A stretch of DNA of 64,000 bases from a virus (lineage: Duplodnaviria > Heunggongvirae > Uroviricota > Caudoviricetes), in IMG/VR virus record IMGVR_UViG_3300027712_000017; one strand, 5' to 3'. Within the stretch, counting starts at the first letter, position 1, and each line of letters begins with the position of its first letter. The notes under the pieces are model-generated. The model saw only the letters and a program-made list of their open reading frames with translations. It searched no databases and was not told where the DNA came from. The translations under genes and the position numbers were made by a program. Shown here piece after piece: positions 54,001 through 60,774 of this stretch.

Positions 54001-54242
54001 CCCCCTTCCTGAAAACCATCACTACCCATACCGTCCAAGAAGCCATTAACGAGCATGGTCCTATGCTCTGTCTGATGTCTGTGGTCCCGCAATTCCGCCT
54101 CGATGGCAAGGTTACCTCTATTGACTTGGTGATCGGTGCTGACTACACTAAACGCTGCGCTTCTGCTTTCAGTAAGAGGGGCGTGCTAGAACTCGCGGCG
54201 CTCCTGGCTGAGATCGGCGCTGCGATGGATGAACCCCAGTAA
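53997..54242 (+). CDS. hypothetical protein (81 aa)
   Basis: ATGA overlap. Confidence 0.45.
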   Translation: MTPFLKTITTHTVQEAINEHGPMLCLMSVVPQFRLDGKVTSIDLVIGADYTKRCASAFSKRGVLELAALLAEIGAAMDEPQ

Positions 54243-54269
54243 CCCTCCTATGCCCCCTGCGTCCTACTT

Positions 54270-54318
54270 GACCCGCGTAGCGCGCCTTCTCCTGGGCAGG
54301 CTGCGTGGGTCTTTTTTT
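54270..54318 (+). terminator. rho-independent terminator (GACCCGCGTAGC...GCTGCGTGGGTC + T7)
   Basis: imperfect 12-bp stem followed by TTTTTTT. Confidence 0.65.
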
Positions 54319-54341
54319 CGGACAGGAGGGCAAAATCCCTC

Positions 54342-54370
54342 TTGACAACATTTCGATTTAATTCGATAAA
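54342..54370 (+). promoter_or_regulatory. cassette promoter variant TTGACAACATTTCGATTTAATTCGATAAA
   Basis: family member. Confidence 0.5.
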
Positions 54371-54405
54371 TGATCATGAAGAAACGCGATGAAGGAGATC
54401 ACGCG

Positions 54406-54585
54406 ATGGCTAGCACTGTGGTGAGACTCAAGACGAAGATCGAGGTGGGCTCGGTCGTGGCGACGGCGTTCAAGCGCTCGCGCGCTGAGGTCCTCGGGTT
54501 CGTGGACGAAAAAACCATGACCGTCCGCTGGGAGGCATCGGGCGAAGTCGCCGATGTTCTTCGCGTCGCTTTTATTCTGGCTTAA
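54406..54585 (+). CDS. hypothetical protein (59 aa)
   Basis: same leader as 53052 gene (GATCATGAAGAAACGCGATGAAGGAGATCACGCG-ATG). Confidence 0.45.
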   Translation: MASTVVRLKTKIEVGSVVATAFKRSRAEVLGFVDEKTMTVRWEASGEVADVLRVAFILA

Positions 54586-54595
54586 GGAGACCGTT

Positions 54596-54760
54596 ATGGA
54601 AAAGATCGCCGCCCTTTTGAGTGATGACCGGTTTGAATCCAAGGACTGGAAACACGCCGACGCCGCAGGCCGTATTGAATGGCTGATCGCCATGCTTGAG
54701 CAAAAAACCAAAGAAGTAAATATGTGGGTTGATTTGATCAACGCCATCAAGGATAACTGA
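54596..54760 (+). CDS. hypothetical protein (54 aa)
   Basis: SD AAGGAGACCGTT-ATG. Confidence 0.4.
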   Translation: MEKIAALLSDDRFESKDWKHADAAGRIEWLIAMLEQKTKEVNMWVDLINAIKDN

Positions 54761-54761
54761 G

Positions 54762-54965
54762 ATGACCGGATGGGTTATGAAGACAGTGTTCGTGACAACG
54801 ACCCCCCTCGAGCATGGGAACTGGTCGGCTGTCGAATTTGAAACCGCTGAAGAGGCTTGGGCTTGGTGGGACGCCGTTGCGACCAGGTCAGTGCACCCCC
54901 GTCAGATGACCGTGGCTGATCCATCGGGGCGGGTTTGGGCTTCGCGGTTCGTGCCAGTAAAGTAG
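54762..54965 (+). CDS. hypothetical Trp-rich protein (67 aa)
   Basis: TGAGATG coupling. Confidence 0.45.
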   Translation: MTGWVMKTVFVTTTPLEHGNWSAVEFETAEEAWAWWDAVATRSVHPRQMTVADPSGRVWASRFVPVK

Positions 54966-54975
54966 GAGTGCAGGG

Positions 54976-55191
54976 ATGACTTATATCATACAGGACCTAG
55001 CAGACGCCATAGTCAATATGGATGAAAATGTGCTAGTTGACTCGCGGGATCTTTACTTGCTCCTGAACCGGGCTGTAGGGGCTATTGATAGCAGGGACCG
55101 CGAGATCAAAAGACTACAGATAGCAATTATGCGGGGCGGTGATTTACTCGCAGAAGAAATTAAAAGAATAGGGATAGATGACTTTGAGTGA
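54976..55191 (+). CDS. hypothetical protein (71 aa)
   Basis: ORF with ATG after AGGAGTGCAGGG. Confidence 0.45.
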   Translation: MTYIIQDLADAIVNMDENVLVDSRDLYLLLNRAVGAIDSRDREIKRLQIAIMRGGDLLAEEIKRIGIDDFE

Positions 55192-55201
55192 GGAGACCGC
55201 T

Positions 55202-55402
55202 ATGACCCCCCGTTACTATGCCCGTAGTGCTAGTGACCGCACCGACGACTGGCCTTGGTGGTTTGTCGCCGACAGTAAGCGCGGGGGTCTCAATGTCACT
55301 ATGGAAATCTGTAAACTTTTAAACCGTCCTCCGGTGCATGGGGCTACACTATGTGCCAGGGAGTATGCTGAACATCTAGCTGAGGAGGCTAACAAGCTAT
55401 GA
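55202..55402 (+). CDS. hypothetical protein (66 aa)
   Basis: SD GAGGAGACCGCT-ATG. Confidence 0.45.
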   Translation: MTPRYYARSASDRTDDWPWWFVADSKRGGLNVTMEICKLLNRPPVHGATLCAREYAEHLAEEANKL

Positions 55403-55599
55403 GTACCTCTTATGAATACTGGGACGAGCTCTGTGAGCGGGTCAAGAAGCTGCGGGACCAAGGCTACACCGTCCTACAGATCGAGGATGAGACCGGGATA
55501 GACTACGAGGATATTCTGTGGGCTATTCATCAAGAGGTCCTCCTACAAGAAATGAAAGAAGCATTGGAGAAACGGAATGAGACTTATATCGAAGAATGA
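55399..55599 (+). CDS. hypothetical acidic protein (66 aa)
   Basis: ATGA overlap. Confidence 0.45.
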   Translation: MSTSYEYWDELCERVKKLRDQGYTVLQIEDETGIDYEDILWAIHQEVLLQEMKEALEKRNETYIEE

Positions 55600-55777
55600 A
55601 AGCCTACCCCTGACGCTATGGGAGGACCTTGATGGCAAGACCGTAGAGGAGGTGCTGGCTATGCTGGAGGCCTATCCTGCGGGGGCTGTCATAGACGCCA
55701 GGACGAGATGGGCAAAGCCAGATCAGCTGTGGGGCGGTCCCGAAGAAGACTATTTTGTTATTACATGGGAGGATTGA
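55577..55777 (+). CDS. hypothetical protein (66 aa)
   Basis: SD GGAGAAACGGA-ATG; 23-nt overlap with upstream. Confidence 0.4.
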   Translation: MRLISKNESLPLTLWEDLDGKTVEEVLAMLEAYPAGAVIDARTRWAKPDQLWGGPEEDYFVITWED

Positions 55778-55780
55778 GTG

Positions 55781-55978
55781 ATGGACTTAGTAGATAGAAA
55801 AGCGGTGATAGAGGCTATCCGCCTTGGTATGACAGTGACCCAGATAGAGCGGGAGGTTATGGCGATCCCGCAAGTCACTTTAGATGAAGTGATGGCTGAA
55901 AGATTCCGTCAGCACAATGAAGATAGGGGTGATGTACCAGGACGGTTCGGCTACTGGAAGCGTAAATGGCAGGAATAG
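55781..55978 (+). CDS. hypothetical protein (65 aa)
   Basis: SD GGGAGGATTGAGTG-ATG. Confidence 0.45.
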   Translation: MDLVDRKAVIEAIRLGMTVTQIEREVMAIPQVTLDEVMAERFRQHNEDRGDVPGRFGYWKRKWQE

Positions 55979-56194
55979 ATGAAGACCATCATCCATGTTA
56001 ATCAGCACGTAGTAAAGCGCAACAGTAAGACCGGGGAGCGAGAACCCTGCCTTACAGTGAAGCAGGGGCCTCTTAATACCTACGTTCATGAAGTAGAGAT
56101 CGCCGGTCCCTCTAGAGTGGTGTATAGACCCGACAAGCCTCTTAGCTGTGGCGCTAAGGTCTGCCTCTTAGCTGTGGCGCTAAGGTCTGGATAG
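55979..56194 (+). CDS. hypothetical protein (71 aa); C-terminus altered by a 26-bp tandem duplication
   Basis: TAGATG coupling; duplication units at 56138..56163 and 56164..56189. Confidence 0.45.
   Translation: MKTIIHVNQHVVKRNSKTGEREPCLTVKQGPLNTYVHEVEIAGPSRVVYRPDKPLSCGAKVCLLAVALRSG
56138..56189 (+). repeat. 26-bp perfect tandem duplication CCTCTTAGCTGTGGCGCTAAGGTCTG x2
   Basis: read directly from sequence. Confidence 0.8.
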
Positions 56195-56257
56195 AAACCG
56201 AAAGTGAAGTAACTCTAATAGGACCGGTGAAAGTAATGGGAAGGGCTAATAATGCTC

Positions 56258-56286
56258 TTGACAACATTTCCAAATAATTCTATAAC
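56258..56286 (+). promoter_or_regulatory. cassette promoter variant TTGACAACATTTCCAAATAATTCTATAAC
   Basis: family member. Confidence 0.5.
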
Positions 56287-56313
56287 TAAAAAGTAATTTG
56301 AAAGGAAACGACA

Positions 56314-56565
56314 ATGTATAAATTTCTCTTAGTGACCGGTTACCAGCTTTGGATGGTCCAGAAGAAGAACGACTTCACCGATCATGGTGGTGGCGAGCTT
56401 TACCACAAAGGTGAGCTAGTGGGCTATATGGAGGAGACCGACCGTGACGAGGACCGTATCTGGTACGACCACTTTGTCCGGGAAGATTTCTATCCTCACG
56501 AGATGGTGCAGGCGGAGAAAGAACGCCTCGAGAAACTATATAAAGGATTGAAGAAAAATGAGTGA
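56314..56565 (+). CDS. hypothetical protein (83 aa)
   Basis: SD GAAAGGAAACGACA-ATG. Confidence 0.5.
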   Translation: MYKFLLVTGYQLWMVQKKNDFTDHGGGELYHKGELVGYMEETDRDEDRIWYDHFVREDFYPHEMVQAEKERLEKLYKGLKKNE

Positions 56566-56743
56566 AGTTAAACTTAAGCCTATCGAAACCGAAGACGACG
56601 ATGGCATCATTTACATCAGCTTTACCGAAGATCACACCGTTCGGGATATTATCCGCTACCTACTGTCAACAGGTGTGAATGCAGAGGAATTGATTTACCA
56701 TATCAACGATCCGCATTTGCTGGAGAAACCAAATGACATTTAA
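56558..56743 (+). CDS. hypothetical acidic protein (61 aa)
   Basis: overlapping start. Confidence 0.4.
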   Translation: MSEVKLKPIETEDDDGIIYISFTEDHTVRDIIRYLLSTGVNAEELIYHINDPHLLEKPNDI

Positions 56744-56897
56744 AAATAACATGGAAGAAATTCGTTCATACTTTATCGAGATTTTTATTCGCCTAAATGA
56801 TATTGAGCAAGAAATTGGAAAGCAACGTAAAGAACAACACACCGACCGACTTTATGGTGACGAGCGGTATACTGACCATGGAAGGATTGAAGAATGA
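56733..56897 (+). CDS. hypothetical small protein (54 aa)
   Basis: not in track; 11-nt overlap with upstream. Confidence 0.3.
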   Translation: MTFKNNMEEIRSYFIEIFIRLNDIEQEIGKQRKEQHTDRLYGDERYTDHGRIEE

Positions 56898-57250
56898 CTA
56901 TGCATATGATTAGGGGCGTCATGGCTCCCGGTTCGGGCAAAAAGAAGCCCAAAGTGAAGACTGCTTCGATCCTCGCTGCTGAGAAAGCACTACGGGACAC
57001 TCTAGCACGGGTCGGATATAAGGGACCCCTTACCACAAGTAAACGCGCTTACAAGCATGACCTCGGCGTGGTTCGTGATGCTACCCGCACTCACAGCATT
57101 CCCGGTAACGGCACCAAGAAGGATGCCAATGTCTATACGGGTGACGAGATCTGCGGTATCGCAACCATGCACAAGAGCAACGCCGTTCCTATTCGGCGGG
57201 ATAACAAACAAGCAGCAGTAGACGTAGCAAACATGAGGACAGGCGGATGA
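56894..57250 (+). CDS. hypothetical basic protein (118 aa)
   Basis: ATGA overlap. Confidence 0.45.
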   Translation: MTMHMIRGVMAPGSGKKKPKVKTASILAAEKALRDTLARVGYKGPLTTSKRAYKHDLGVVRDATRTHSIPGNGTKKDANVYTGDEICGIATMHKSNAVPIRRDNKQAAVDVANMRTGG

Positions 57251-57438
57251 CTAAAGGTGATGTAGAAGTATTGGATATTGAAGATCAAGAGGATGGTAGC
57301 TCTATTATCACCTTCGACTTGTCGCAAGAAGCAACTAAGAGCATGGCGCAGTATGGGTTGAAGTTCGTGCTTTTCTGTGCCGCTTATGACGTAACCATTG
57401 ACGAAGGCTTTAACCGTATCGCAGGGAGAACAAAATAA
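57247..57438 (+). CDS. hypothetical acidic protein (63 aa)
   Basis: ATGA overlap. Confidence 0.45.
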   Translation: MTKGDVEVLDIEDQEDGSSIITFDLSQEATKSMAQYGLKFVLFCAAYDVTIDEGFNRIAGRTK

Positions 57439-57596
57439 TGATGACAGTAGCAATGCTCATTGAGCGTCTTAAGTCGTATCCGCAAGACGCTAAGATTATC
57501 ATTGATGCTCACAACTTCAACGTGGCGCATGATATGAAGCAACTCTACTGGTGTGAAGGTCGAGATGACAAAGATGAAGGTGTCTACTTCGAATAG
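57438..57596 (+). CDS. hypothetical small protein (52 aa)
   Basis: TAATG overlap; not in track. Confidence 0.35.
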   Translation: MMTVAMLIERLKSYPQDAKIIIDAHNFNVAHDMKQLYWCEGRDDKDEGVYFE

Positions 57597-57599
57597 CGG

Positions 57600-57628
57600 T
57601 TGACATCTTTTTTCATTAATTCTATAAA
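57600..57628 (+). promoter_or_regulatory. cassette promoter variant TTGACATCTTTTTTCATTAATTCTATAAA
   Basis: family member. Confidence 0.5.
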
Positions 57629-57643
57629 CAAAGAGTAATGAAA

Positions 57644-57663
57644 GGGCGGAGGGGTTCCGCCTC
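57644..57663 (+). other. conserved 5'-UTR hairpin GGGCGGAGGGGTTCCGCCTC (copy 2 of 2)
   Basis: matches 53314..53333. Confidence 0.55.
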
Positions 57664-57676
57664 GAAAGGAAACGAC

Positions 57677-57940
57677 ATGGCTGCGAATAACAACGGCAAA
57701 TCTGAGTTCAAAACTGAAAAACTGACTCGTGAAGATGTGATGGCTCGTTATGACGCACTTCCCAAGGAATATCGGGATGTGCTGAAAGATACAGTCATGA
57801 ACATAATCTGTTCTGATCCTAAAACTATCAAGCGCACTTTTCCCACGGCTCGTCACATGAAGTCGTGGGTTCGTCAAAAGGACCTTTTAGGTACTCGTGA
57901 TACCTATGGACGTCAACATCCGGCGGTATCTTACAAATAA
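57677..57940 (+). CDS. hypothetical protein (87 aa)
   Basis: SD AAAGGAAACGAC-ATG after UTR hairpin. Confidence 0.5.
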   Translation: MAANNNGKSEFKTEKLTREDVMARYDALPKEYRDVLKDTVMNIICSDPKTIKRTFPTARHMKSWVRQKDLLGTRDTYGRQHPAVSYK

Positions 57941-57949
57941 AGGTGTAAA

Positions 57950-58303
57950 ATGAAGCTAGATTTCCCCCTCGTAATCAACGAAGAACCACTTTCCGACGAT
58001 TTCTTACACTACCCAGGCAAGATGGCGAAGGTTGCTTACGAGGTTGCTCACTGGCAATGGCTCAGATGTCGCCTTTCCGAAGCGCAAAACTGGAAATGTT
58101 GCTGGTGTGGTGTAAAAACGACCGATCTCCGCAAGGTTCGGCACGCTTCTACTGTCGAGCATGTCCTACCAAAGTCACTGGGCGGCTCGAATGAGTGGGA
58201 AAATCTTGCTATGTCTTGTGAAAAGTGCAATAACGCCCGTGGAAACATGACGGCGGATGAGTTTATGGAAAAATTAACCGGCTCGTCCACGCCTTCAGCG
58301 TGA
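57950..58303 (+). CDS. HNH endonuclease
   Basis: CCWCG...HASTVEHVLPKSLGGSNEWENLAMSCEKCNNARGN (zinc-finger HNH motif). Confidence 0.8.
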   Translation: MKLDFPLVINEEPLSDDFLHYPGKMAKVAYEVAHWQWLRCRLSEAQNWKCCWCGVKTTDLRKVRHASTVEHVLPKSLGGSNEWENLAMSCEKCNNARGNMTADEFMEKLTGSSTPSA

Positions 58304-58343
58304 GTATGTAGTCCCAAATAAATAATCTCTTTAATGGAGGTAC

Positions 58344-58494
58344 TATGTCTTTAGTTGATGAACTTAAAGAATTGATAGAGAGAACAGGTTCTTATAACGA
58401 CCGCGATCTTCTTGTGCGTATTTTGTATGAAATGGAGAAAGAATCCAAAAATCACTGGGGTTCTGAGGAAATGTATTATAGGAACAGAAAATGA
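58344..58494 (+). CDS. hypothetical small protein (49 aa)
   Basis: SD ATGGAGGTACT-ATG. Confidence 0.35.
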
Positions 58495-58700
58495 CTTTAA
58501 AATGGATAGAGAACCCAAATCATAAACAGTTCGTTGCTGTGTCAGAATCACAACTTAACGGAACGTTCCGTGTCTTCTATGATGATGTGATGTATTGGCC
58601 TTCTTGGTCACCCGACTGCACACAGGACTTAGATGCTCTTAAACAAGAAGCGCAAGACATTCATGACCAATGGATTAGGCTTTCAACGCTGTCCAGTTAA
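58491..58700 (+). CDS. hypothetical protein (69 aa)
   Basis: ATGA overlap. Confidence 0.45.
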   Translation: MTLKWIENPNHKQFVAVSESQLNGTFRVFYDDVMYWPSWSPDCTQDLDALKQEAQDIHDQWIRLSTLSS

Positions 58701-58890
58701 CACAATACCAGTCTCTTGGTTCATAATCTTCAAACTTGAGTGCTAGGGTTCCTGATCCTAGCACTTTTTTTATTGATTGTTCACAAACTTCCTGATTTGA
58801 AAACATAGCATTAGGAGAAACAGTAAAGCATGATCCTATGTCTTTACCTTCAGTATGTAAAGCACACATTAGAATAAGAGCAGTAAACAT
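58675..58890 (-). CDS. small secreted/lipoprotein-like protein on minus strand (71 aa)
   Basis: minus-strand SD AAGGAA-CATTT-ATG; N-terminal signal-like MFTALILMCALHTEGK; a plus-strand terminator hairpin lies inside this ORF, so real status uncertain. Confidence 0.35.
   Translation of the reverse strand: MFTALILMCALHTEGKDIGSCFTVSPNAMFSNQEVCEQSIKKVLGSGTLALKFEDYEPRDWYCVNWTALKA
58740..58771 (+). terminator. rho-independent terminator GTGCTAGG...CCTAGCAC + T7
   Basis: 8-bp perfect stem followed by TTTTTTT. Confidence 0.7.
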
Positions 58891-58921
58891 GAAAATGTTC
58901 CTTAAAGAAAAGTATTTATGG

Positions 58922-58950
58922 TTGACATGTTTTTAGAATAATGTGATATT
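58922..58950 (+). promoter_or_regulatory. promoter TTGACATGTTTTTAGAATAATGTGATATT (cassette-related)
   Basis: TTGACATGTTTTT core. Confidence 0.45.
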
Positions 58951-58974
58951 GAATCATAGGAAAGGAGAACTGAC

Positions 58975-59187
58975 ATGACTGTAAAGTATCGCATCAACTG
59001 CTCCGCATCTGAACGAGGATGGGGGCGTGAATATTGGAGTGAAGATTATGACACCTATGAAGAAGCCCGAAAGCGTATCTACGAAATCAACAGCAAGAAC
59101 ACCTCGCTTACAGCCCCCGACTACTACGAGCAAGCCGAACTTAGAATCGAAGCAGTCGACACCTCAATCGTTGCACAAAGGCATTGA
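58975..59187 (+). CDS. hypothetical protein (70 aa)
   Basis: SD GGAAAGGAGAACTGAC-ATG. Confidence 0.5.
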   Translation: MTVKYRINCSASERGWGREYWSEDYDTYEEARKRIYEINSKNTSLTAPDYYEQAELRIEAVDTSIVAQRH

Positions 59188-59188
59188 A

Positions 59189-59341
59189 ATGTATATCTTG
59201 AAATTTCTTATGTTTGTCCTTGCTATCAACCTATTAACCGTCTTGTTGGTCCATGCGTTGGTTGCATCGTTCAATCCATCGCTGTATGGTAAGTATCTGC
59301 AGACAATGGATGACTCTCGCTATGCATATGTAGATCCATGA
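59189..59341 (+). CDS. small membrane protein (50 aa)
   Basis: hydrophobic ORF MYILKFLMFVLAINLLTVLLV. Confidence 0.35.
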   Translation: MYILKFLMFVLAINLLTVLLVHALVASFNPSLYGKYLQTMDDSRYAYVDP

Positions 59342-59380
59342 GTGAACTAACAAAACATCAAAACTAAAATATTGACAGAA

Positions 59381-59405
59381 ACACGCCTTCGGGCGTGTTT
59401 TTTTA
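59381..59405 (+). terminator. rho-independent terminator ACACGCC-TTCG-GGCGTGT + T7
   Basis: UUCG hairpin + U-tract. Confidence 0.8.
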
Positions 59406-59434
59406 TTGACAAAATATCTCCAATATTGTATAAG
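59406..59434 (+). promoter_or_regulatory. sigma70 promoter TTGACA-17-TATAAG
   Basis: TTGACAAAATATCTCCAATATTGTATAAG. Confidence 0.6.
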
Positions 59435-59461
59435 TAATAATAATGAAAAAAGGAGGATACC

Positions 59462-59665
59462 ATGTACTACAAAGTCGTCACCGGTCGTCTGACTGATACT
59501 TACGGTCACGAGAAGATTCACTTTCAATCACGCAATGTCGAGGACTGCTTTCAGTTCGTCGCTGCCCGTGCTAATTCTAAGATGAAGACCGTCCGTCTTA
59601 CTACTAAGGGTATGAAGGTTGTGGATGCCTTCGGAGATGTTGTCAAGCTGAAAAAGAACGCTTGA
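59462..59665 (+). CDS. hypothetical protein (67 aa)
   Basis: SD AAAAAGGAGGATACC-ATG. Confidence 0.5.
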   Translation: MYYKVVTGRLTDTYGHEKIHFQSRNVEDCFQFVAARANSKMKTVRLTTKGMKVVDAFGDVVKLKKNA

Positions 59666-59690
59666 CATTATTTAAAAAATAAACGATAAA
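59662..59690 (+). promoter_or_regulatory. promoter TTGACA-17-GATAAA (stop of upstream gene in -35: GCTTGACA)
   Basis: TTGACATTATTTAAAAAATAAACGATAAA. Confidence 0.45.
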
Positions 59691-59726
59691 CAATCATACG
59701 AAAACAAACACACAAGGAACTACATC

Positions 59727-60680
59727 ATGGCACATCAAGTTGAAACTATGGCTTACGCTGGCGAAACCCCTTGGCACGGATTAGGCATTCCCGTCAGTGC
59801 TGATCTGACCCCCGATCAGATGCTCGTCAAGGCTGATCTGAATTGGGATGTTGATAAGGTCCCTGCTTTTGTCGACTACAAAGGCGAAGTGATCAATACC
59901 GGCAAACACGCGCTGGTTCGCTCGACTGACTCTCGCGTTCTTACTATGATCTCAGACGACTGGGAACCTGTTCAGAATATCGAAGCATTTGAGTTCTTCA
60001 ATGACTTCGTTATGGCAGGTGACATGGAGATGCACACTGCTGGCTCGTTGCGTGAAGGCAATATGGTATGGGCACTCGCAAAGGTCAAAGAGTCCTTCTC
60101 GTTGTTCAAAGGCAAAGATACTGTCGAGTCGTATCTGTTGTTCTCGAACCCACACGAATATGGCAAGTCGATTGATATTCGCTTCACGCCGATCCGGGTT
60201 GTCTGCAATAACACCTTGACTCTTTCTTTGTCACAGAAATCCGATATGATGATGAAGATGAACCATCGTCGTAAGTTCGATGCTGAAATGGTTAAAAAGA
60301 CCATGGGTATCGCAAAGGACAAGCTGGGTCAATACAAGGAGATGGCAGAGTTCCTGTCGGTCAAGCGTTACACTGACGAAACCGTCTCGAACTACTTGCA
60401 GGAAGTGTTTCCGCTTGTTACGACCAAAGAGAAGGTCGAAGGCGAACCTTTGAAGATGTCTCGTCCTGCAGCGCTAGCATACGACATCATGGGCACACAG
60501 CCCGGCGCTGAGATGGGTGAAGGCACCTTCTGGCAAGCGTTTAACGCTGTCACCTACTCGATTGATCACTTGCTCGGACACTCGGCAGAGACTCGCTTGA
60601 ACTCTTCTTGGTATGGCACCAATCGTAATAAAAAGATTCAAGCACTCGAAAAAGCGGTCGAATACGCTAACGTTGCTTAA
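59727..60680 (+). CDS. DUF932 / phage-plasmid-like protein (TIGR03299-type)
   Basis: N-terminus MAHQVETMAYAGETPWHGLG characteristic of DUF932 proteins of ICEs and phages; from memory. Confidence 0.55.
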   Translation: MAHQVETMAYAGETPWHGLGIPVSADLTPDQMLVKADLNWDVDKVPAFVDYKGEVINTGKHALVRSTDSRVLTMISDDWEPVQNIEAFEFFNDFVMAGDMEMHTAGSLREGNMVWALAKVKESFSLFKGKDTVESYLLFSNPHEYGKSIDIRFTPIRVVCNNTLTLSLSQKSDMMMKMNHRRKFDAEMVKKTMGIAKDKLGQYKEMAEFLSVKRYTDETVSNYLQEVFPLVTTKEKVEGEPLKMSRPAALAYDIMGTQPGAEMGEGTFWQAFNAVTYSIDHLLGHSAETRLNSSWYGTNRNKKIQALEKAVEYANVA

Positions 60681-60714
60681 TGAAAAGAGTTGAGGGGAGT
60701 CACACGATTCCCCT

Positions 60715-60743
60715 TGACAACCTCAATAACCACCTGTATAATA
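60715..60743 (+). promoter_or_regulatory. perfect sigma70 consensus promoter TTGACA-17-TATAAT
   Basis: TTGACAACCTCAATAACCACCTGTATAAT, preceded by hairpin GGGGA...TCCCC. Confidence 0.65.
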
Positions 60744-60774
60744 GCTAATGTAGCTCTGAAAATAAAAGGAATAT

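Noticed and set aside
43899-58950. Possible CRISPR array (regular repeats with unique intervening sequence)
   Set aside because: The repeat spacing is irregular (230-900 bp). The intervening segments are protein-coding with SDs. The repeats have promoter architecture (TTGACA-17-GATAAC) rather than CRISPR repeat features.
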